A stretch of DNA of 64,000 nucleotides, taken from the NCBI GenBank assembly GCA_028534125.1, contig CM052817.1, forward strand, positions 91,452,001-91,516,000. Direction: 5' to 3'. The position numbers and the translations under genes are program-made. The notes under the pieces are model-generated. The model did not search any database. It saw nothing but the letters and a program-made list of their open reading frames with translations, and was not told the origin of the DNA. Positions 55,876 to 64,000 of the stretch are shown here, piece by piece; the stretch's first letter is position 1; every line of letters starts with the position of its first letter. The DNA comes from Lama glama. Lineage: Eukaryota.

Positions 55876-58697
55876 GTAAAAGTAGTCCCGATATTAGTGA
55901 ATAGCTTTTCTGTGGGTTTTGTCAAGCCCTTGTTTTTCAGTGTTGTTTGTACTCATGGTATATTGCTGTTAGAGCTGTGAAATGAAAGCTGTGATTGTAA
56001 GAAGAGGCCAGAGAAGTGTGGTCTAGTTTCAGGTAGGTTGTGATAAATTCAGGGCTGACTCTTCTCTTCTGCACCATTTCTAGGAATGTATCAGTTGCCA
56101 TATATAGCATCTGTTTGGAAAATGGTTAAAAGTGAAGTGTTGGATTTTCTTTCAAGATACGTATATACTTCTCTTAGTAATTACTAGCCTTAAATTTTGA
56201 AATTTGAAGAAAGACCTTTCAGGTGGAAGGTATTCTTCCTATTCTAGCTCACGCTCCATGTCTTTTTTAAGTTACAAGCAGGGTTTCTTGATACCATTCT
56301 GTTATCTAAACTTCGCTAAATCCACTGCCAAACCTAAATTAAAAACAGTCCCATGAAATGGCTATATGCTGGCCCAATACGGGGCTGAAACCTTATGTTT
56401 TATTTCATTTTTGATGGTTAGAAATCTCAATTTGTAGCAATAAAACTTTTTTTTTTAAGTTACAACTCTTTTGCACCTTTACCTTTCAGTATGCATTCTA
56501 CAAGATGATGTTGAAATAGAAGTATTAGTAGTGTACAGGAGTTTCTGGAGAAAAGAATACTCTAATTCTGATAAAGCAGAAGATTATCTGTTACATACTC
56601 TATGTTATACAGCCTATTTAACAGTGCTACCTCCATAAAGACATACCCCCTCTTATGGTGATGTAAAAACATATAGAAGGAAAGGGAAGCAATGTGTTGT
56701 AGGAAAGAGAGTCTAAAGGTTTCCAGCCTCTGGATTTATGTAATTTGCCTTTGATGCCATCGTGGGATTGTAGCCAGAAGAAAGAAAAACTGGTACTATT
56801 TAAATTAGAACTTTTGTTAAATTGTCAAATATAGATAGGCTTGGAATTTTAATCCTCAGGGCTCTTTTTAAAATATGAGGACTTTGTGTCCATTTTAAGT
56901 GTCGGTATTATTTCATATAAGTGGTATGGTTCTTCCTAACTGAAAAAAAAATTGATGGTGATGAATATATGATGGGAAATTTCCTATTTGTGATGTAATT
57001 TCTCCTGTTGGCTAAATCTTTAACTTGGCCTCAATAAGTACAAATTATCTTCACATTTAGATACAACATAGGAGTGGAGAGATTTTTGGAAAGTATTCTG
57101 GATCCCATGGCTTGCTCTCAGTTAGTAATTAAATTTGCCTTCTATATATACTTACCTATGCATTGTCTGACAAACAAGAAGCCTCTCTCCATACCATTCT
57201 ATGGCTATCTTTACAATTTACCATAGTTTCATAACACTGAGCTTTTATAAACTTGCTACTTGTTTACTTTGATCTGCAGGTTTATCAAATCCATTGTCTA
57301 GTACCTTGATGCCTCATTACAACTGGTCTAGGTACTGGGTTTTCTAAAGTATTCTAAAAGTCTGATGTTTCTTAATTGTTAGTGAGTATCTAAGTTAGCT
57401 ACCACTTCCCATCTTTTCTTTTGAAGTACTATTTGCCCCCAAGTAGTCGTAACTGCTGGTTGAGATTTTTTAAAATGAAAAGAGGACCATTTAAAGAAGT
57501 GAATAATAAACCTGTGTCCCAGATCCTTCCCTTTTCTTCTTTAAGTTCTAAACTAAATAATTGGAATGGAATGGAATACTAAATACTAATTTCTTCCCTT
57601 CATTAACTTAGTAAAGTTTTTTCTAAGCTAAATTTAATAACGGTATTGGAAGTATTCAGAAACATATTCAGATAGCATTGCTGTACTATTAACCTTATTT
57701 GCTCAGATGTTCATTGAAAAGGACCTAAGAATAAGCCAGCTGCTTCACTTGTAAATTTTTTTATAACCTAAAATTTTATTTGAATAGCTTCTGTTATTTC
57801 AGTCATTCCATTTCACATAGCATTTTTCATTGACCTGCTAGGATGCTTTTATTTTAGAGAAATATCTAATTATAGTGTCATATTGTAATCAGTTAAATGA
57901 TTACTGCGTTGATTCAGACACATGTAAATCCATTTCTAATCTGATGTATGAAATCTTAAGGATTTATACTGTGTACATTATACTAAAAGGTATAGTAACT
58001 AGGGCAGTACATAGTAGATACTCAAATCCTTGCTGCATTTGCTGTGAGTATCAGTAATGCCCTACAGATTGTAGAAAACAGCAATAAAGTACTATTAACT
58101 TTCAGGTCACCTACAAAGGCTCATAACTTTTTTTCCCTTATCTATTGATTTAGAGTATTCCCATTTTTCTTCCCCTTGTCTCTCTCAGTTGGTCTTAAGG
58201 AATTTCCTCAAAATACCACAGATACTTTATTTATGTTGAATGAATCTCTCTCATCTAATTTTTGGTTTTTTTCCTATAGTTTTTCAGAGGAATGGTTGTG
58301 GCTGGCCTTGTAGGAAGCAGATGACTGGTGGACCATCCTCTAACTTTCTCAGTTGCCTGTTCACTGTGGCATTAGTTGGCAGTGAATCTACTCATCCTTC
58401 ATGTCTTTAGCAACCAACCACCCAGGTAACAATCATGTCCAGTGGAATTAAGTTACTGCAAACATTGTCACTCAGTAGTTGTTTTATCTTTCAAAGAGCA
58501 TATAAGGGGACTGGTAACATACAAGGCACTTACCTGTGAGGCTCTGTTTTCTGTAGCCTAGTATCTGTACTTAATAATCATTACAAGTAAGGTGGGGACC
58601 TGCAGTGGTTATTTCTAGAGACGTGATCTATATGTAGCCAGTGTTCATCACAACTAATAGCTGTGGTCCACAACTTATCTCCTCTACTTAGAATTGG

Positions 58698-58950
58698 CAG
58701 TTGGATCTTTTTAAGTCATAAACTTAATCCTAATTGTATATTAGAATCCCACGGGTACTACTTAAAAACTCAAACTTCACTGTCCAGGCCCACCTGCAAA
58801 AATTCTGGCTTAAATTATCCGGAGTCAGTCCTGGACATTGGCCTTCCTTCTTCTCCCACTTGTTTTCCTCCCCCTCTTCCCTCCCTGTCCCCGCCCCCAC
58901 CCCCCCACCCCACAGTGATTCTGAGGTGCATCTAAAGTTGAGAACCACTG
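58698..58950. mobile_element. MER5-like hAT-Charlie element with internal C-rich expansion
   Basis: attagaatc...gtgattctgaggtgcatctaaagttgagaaccactg end. Confidence 0.65.
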
Positions 58951-61039
58951 TCCTTTTTGAGGAAGGGGCAAGCAACTATGTAAGTGCAAAAAGATTAACT
59001 TTCCCCTATCTTACATTAAGTGGAAGAATTTGTATTGAACTTTCTGTCAAGAGCTTTCTGGTTATTTTTGAAGTCCATGCTTTTTCTCTACTTAAATCAT
59101 GCTGCTGCTCTACTACCTGTGATGCTGGTATTGAAAGAAAAAAAATACCTCTGCAAAGTTTTATTAGATGTCATGGTAATTTGGCTTCATTGAAGCAACT
59201 TTTAGAATATAACTGCTTTGGGTAGATGCTTGAGTTTTTGAATGGACGCGTTCTGAGTCAGCAGGCTTTTCAAGGATAGGTGGTAGGTATTACTCCCTGA
59301 AAATTCATACACTCCAAATAGACATATCTAACCTCCAATCAAATACATATTTTTTTCTCCCTAAAGGACTACATTTTTCTATAAATGAGTGAATTGCTAT
59401 TACAAATCTAAGATGTGATAGGAACCCTGAGTCTAGGACAGACAATTCAAACCAAATTTAGTATAGAACCTGGACTTGTTAGTATAGAACCTGGAAAGGA
59501 GATTTACATGCTACAGAATCATATATGAAATGAAAACCTGCTTTATGAGATCTGTTAAAATAACATTCTGGATTGACCCTCCAAATTTATCCAACCTAGT
59601 ATTTTTCTTTAATAAAATAGGAATTGTTTTATAGATTAACCCTCAGGTCTATCTAGTTTGTTCTTAACAGCCAGAGATTTTGATAAAAGAGTCTGGTTGA
59701 TACTAATATGCCATTCTTGAGTTCATAGACATGGATGATTTTCCTTCACCTTTGCAAACTGGAAGGTCAAAATTGTTTTAATCTCTTCAAGTGAAAGGCT
59801 TACTTTATGCTTTAGCTACTTTTCTCTGATCCTTGTGACTAAATGCCACATTTCTGGCATGAACATTTTGTGGCTTGACATAACAGTAGTATGATGTAGT
59901 TAAAAACATAAGCCCTTAGATCAGACAGATCCAAGTTTAAATCCTGGCTCAGTACCTTGGGCAAAATACTGAGAATTTCTAGTTCATATAGTTGTTGGAA
60001 GGATTAAGTAACATACTGTATCTAAAGGGATTACCACAAAGCCTAACGCATAGTAAGCATTCATTATAAATATTAGTATTTGCAGAAGGATGTTCTTAGC
60101 TATTTTCACTTCGCTTTGCTTAATCGAGCAGTGTTCTACTTGAATATCTTGTCTCCTTTGGTACATTGAGCCAGCATACTCAGAAAGTAGTTTATAATCT
60201 TTTCCTAGACACTAAAAGCTCAAATTTTGATTTTTCCCCCCTAGTATTTTACCTTACATGTGCTAGCCCTTTACACTGTTTTGCCTTTTCACACAGTAAA
60301 TAAAACCATCTGCAATACCTGCATCCTCCTTCATTTTGACATTCATGGAAACTTTTACTCGTGTTAGTGAGCTTGGCAGATTTCTTGATGCTGCTGTTTA
60401 AAGTTATTTGGAAGATACGAAATAAGGCCAGTCCCAGTGTTCTTCCTTCACTACTCTGTGGTGATGATTTCATGATGATGCATGTCCTTCCTTCCATCCA
60501 TTCAGTAGTTACTGAATGCCTGCCACCTCCAGAAACTATGTTTCATATTAGGGATATATGACGTAGTCCTTGCTCTCAGTTTTCACAGGCTAGTGAAGAA
60601 GACAGGCAAATCAAGAAATGATTGCAGCAGCAATATATAAACCTCTGAGTCACTATTCATTTCTATTTAGATGGACTAGGAAAAGCTTAACAGAATCTTC
60701 AGTTGGGTTTGGAAAGATAAAGATGCATTTCCTACACAGACTAAAGATGGCATGTGCCTAAAGGCACAGATACATGAAAGAAGATAATGTATTCAGGGAC
60801 TGTATGTAAAATAATGTGAATAGAATCTGGCAGATGAGGCTGGGACTCATATTAAAGAGAGACTTAGATGATCTACTGAAAGACTAAATTTGGCTTTGTG
60901 TAAGCAGAGGTCACTTATTGACGAATTAGGGAAGGATGACAAGAATTTGAGAGAATTCTGCTAGTAATGTGATGAAAATGGGAGCAAGATGGGAGGCACC
61001 AAGACTAATCAGAAGACTCAAGTTGAGCTAATGAATAGT

Positions 61040-61255
61040 AGCTATCACTCACTGAGCTCTTACTATGTGCCAGACAATGTAAACATTTTGTACCCGTCAG
61101 CTCTTTAATCCTTGAAAAAACCATATAAGGTAGATATTGTTACCATTTAACAGAAAACTTGAAGACTATAATTTTCCCGTGGTCACATAGCTTATAAGTG
61201 ATAAAAATCTGCATTTAAACCAGGTATGTCTAACTCCAAAGTGCTTGTTTCTGAT
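61040..61255 (-). mobile_element. MIR SINE
   Basis: tactatgtgccagaca...ggtcacatagct...atttaaaccagg...ctaactccaaag antisense core. Confidence 0.65.
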
Positions 61256-61838
61256 CATTGTAACATCTGATGAGAAGTGGTAAGGACAAGAGCAGTTAAG
61301 TATGGAGAGGAGAGCAAGGATACAGGAGGCTAAGAGGGTAGCACCTGGGTCAGCTGGCTGTGTTGGAGGGAAGAGAGCAGTGCATGGAGGAGTAAGAAGA
61401 GTTAGCAGTGATGCCCAGGGTTTGGCATTGTCTTTAACGGTATCATTAAACAGTAAAGAACTGGGAAGAAGAAATTGAGGGAGAAGAGGTCTTTTCAGAT
61501 ATGAATTTTAGGCATGTAAGTACCATAAGATGTGTAGTAGGCAGCTAGGCATTTGGGTCTGAAACTTAGAAGAGAGGTGACTTGTGGTCTGCAGGGTCAA
61601 AATAAAGATACTATAATTTACATTTATCAGGTTGGTAAGATCTTAGAAATCTGAATATCAAATGTTTGCCAAGATGTTGAAAAACAACATAGGAACTCTC
61701 AGGTGTACTGTCTTGGGGAGTACAAATTGGCATAATCATTATGAGGGCAATTGGCAATATTCATTTACTAAAAGTAAACAATACTAAGTTGGTTTATGGA
61801 TATATTCACATAAAGCACATGTTTAAAAATGAGTTTGG

Positions 61839-61972
61839 TGGAGAAGAGTTATAGCTCAGTGGTGGAGCTCATGCTTAGCATGCACAAGGTCCTGGGTTCA
61901 TTCCCCAGTACCTCTGTTAAAAATAAATAAATATAAATAAATAACCTAAATACCACCCCCTCCCCCCAAAAA
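61839..61972 (+). mobile_element. Vic-1-like SINE
   Basis: atagctcagtggtggag...ggtcctgggttcattccccagtacc; agtttgg flanking repeats. Confidence 0.88.
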
Positions 61973-63269
61973 AGTTTGGGAATTATAAACAAAAAATTCA
62001 GGACAGTGTTTCTCTTTAAAGGAGGGAAAGGCACATAGGTGGTCTATAATTTTTATTTCTTAAAAAACATGTTTGAGTAAATATGGCAAAATGTTAATAT
62101 TGGGTATTTTGTTGACTTTGGGTCTATGTGGGATACTTTTATAAAGTTAAATAGATACATACAATTTTTTATTCCCCACTGAGAAAGTGGGACAAAGATA
62201 TACTAATTCACTCAGAAAGTAGGAAAACTATCTATAGTGGAAACAAATGCTTCTTTGTTTCCTATACTCTCCCATTAGGTTAAGGGTACTTTTACTGATT
62301 TATCAAGAGAGATGAGAAAATCAAAAGTAGGTAGGAGGATTCCCAGAAGGTGTAACATATTTTTTCAGGGGGAAAAGAGGCTCCAGTAATGCCTAAACCA
62401 TTATTGTCCTTTGTAATTTCCAAAGTGCTCATACATAGGTATTATTACCCCTCCTTTACAGATGAACATCTCAGAAATGTTACATGACTTTCTGACGGTA
62501 CCCAGCTAGTAGCAGAGAGCTGGGTCAAAGAACCCGTGTATGTCTCTTCCTGTGTTGCTTCTACCATTATCAGCTGGGTGTTCAGGTTCACAGAACTGTA
62601 GATGTTAGAGCAGGAACTTGAACTGAGGTTTTCATTTAAAGGCAAACTAATACACTATGTTCCTGGATCACATTATTTTGCCTATATTACCAAAATTAAA
62701 TGCCTTGTGCTATTTAGAACTGCCTTAGAAGAAAGAATTGTTGAAATTTAAAAATGGATATTTTCCAAACTGTGCATTTTTACACAGTATTTCTTTAGCC
62801 CTTTGATATGTACAACATATTTTATGCTGACCCTGCTTTATATTTCAGACTTACCTTTTTCCCCCAATAATCCCCTGTTGGGCTGGAGTTTGGATTTCCT
62901 TTTACAGTGGGGAAGTGGATTTTTAACAGGGTAAAAATAAGTGTCTTAAGATCATTTACTAATTCTGTGAATTAGAAACTACTATCCTTTATCCCTTAAG
63001 TAAAATACAGTGTCCTGCAAAAGAAACCACTTCGGTGGATAAGATGACCGTAGTAAAGTGGCCAAGAGCTGTATGTTAGAGCGGTATTGATTATTAGAGA
63101 TTGCCATGCTGTCTTGCTGAAGTATTATAATTAGAAGCCAAGATAATAGGGTCTATTCTGTACTTACCTTTCACCCAACTACTGTGTTATATTGCAGGCC
63201 AAAGAGTGACTCTTCCTGAGTAAAAGGAGGGAAAACATTACCATTATTGAAAATGATCATAAACTCACA

Positions 63270-64000
63270 AATTCTAAGGTATATGAGATTTTGCAATTAG
63301 GGAGTCCTTCATAAATTTAGCAAAATCAATTTCCACAGAGTAGTGAACATTGAAGCCAGGGAAGCTGAGCAGTGTATGGGAGGTGAAGACAAACTTCAAG
63401 AGAATTCCACTTTTTTGAAAGGCTTTAAATGAGATGGAAAGGAAAGATGGGAGGGCAGAAGCCACAAGGAAATAAAAGGGTAAAAAGAGATATGATATTT
63501 GAGAGACTTCAGCATGACTGTAATTAGAATGAAGGAACCTATAGAGAAGGAGGGAGAAAATTGATGGAGTCAGATCCCAAAGGAGACAGGAAAGGTGGGC
63601 CTTGAAAAGATACCTTTTCTCAGAAACGAAAAGGAAATAAGAGAATGGTATAAATAAAGTTCTAGCTGTGAGAAGAGAGGTTTATATTAGATGGTCTCAG
63701 TATTTTTTATGAAGAAGAAAGGAAAAGCTCATGTTATTTGTGAAGTAGGAAGGGTTAAAAGATTAGGTTGGGGGGTCCAGAAAAAAATGGAGATGGTTTG
63801 GAACGGACAACTGACTAAAGACAGAAGCATTAATGAACAGTGTTAACCGTCATACTGAGTTTGGAAATCATGAAAATACAGTGGTTTTATGATTATTTCT
63901 AGTACCTCAGATGAATGGCCTATTGGATTGACCCAGAATTGTGAGTTGAGTCATGCATAGAGGAGAAAGACAAGAATGAAGGGAAGAGGGTTGAGGGTGT
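63270..64000 (-). mobile_element. L2 LINE relic
   Basis: Minus ORF 63274-63465 (FNVHYSVEIDFAKFMKDSLIAKS) resembles the L2 RT motif F.PHHSTETALAKVTNDLLIAKS. Confidence 0.6.

Noticed and set aside
58663..59225. 163-aa and overlapping Pro-rich ORFs
   Set aside because: They lie over a MER5-like relic and a C-rich simple repeat; no recognisable domain or splice structure.
56000..64000. Second gene downstream of NAA15
   Set aside because: Only MIR/L2/MER/SINE relics and short spurious ORFs; no CpG island or coherent exon chain.

Overview
AT-rich mammalian genomic DNA carrying coding exons 2-20 of NAA15 (auxiliary subunit of the NatA N-terminal acetyltransferase) on the + strand. Exon 1 and the promoter lie upstream of the window. 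The 19 exons total 2547 nt and splice in frame to a TGA at 53158-53160, matching the 866-aa human protein as I recall it if the usual 54-nt first coding exon is added. A ~2.7 kb 3' UTR with several poly(A) signals follows, then ~8 kb of repeat-rich downstream DNA. Ten tRNA-Ala-derived SINEs of Vic-1 type point to a camelid genome (inference). Introns contain L1, L2, MIR, MaLR and hAT relics. Most notable: a U12-type (minor spliceosome) intron 3; an 83-bp TTAA-flanked piggyBac-type MITE; a 221-bp TSD-flanked orphan retro-insert; candidate poison exons and a 6-nt microexon in intron 17; a NAGNAG acceptor; a 5'-inverted L1; and a false 500-N assembly gap. I found no evidence of a new multi-gene system. 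Repeat family names and boundaries are from recognition by eye, not from a database search.
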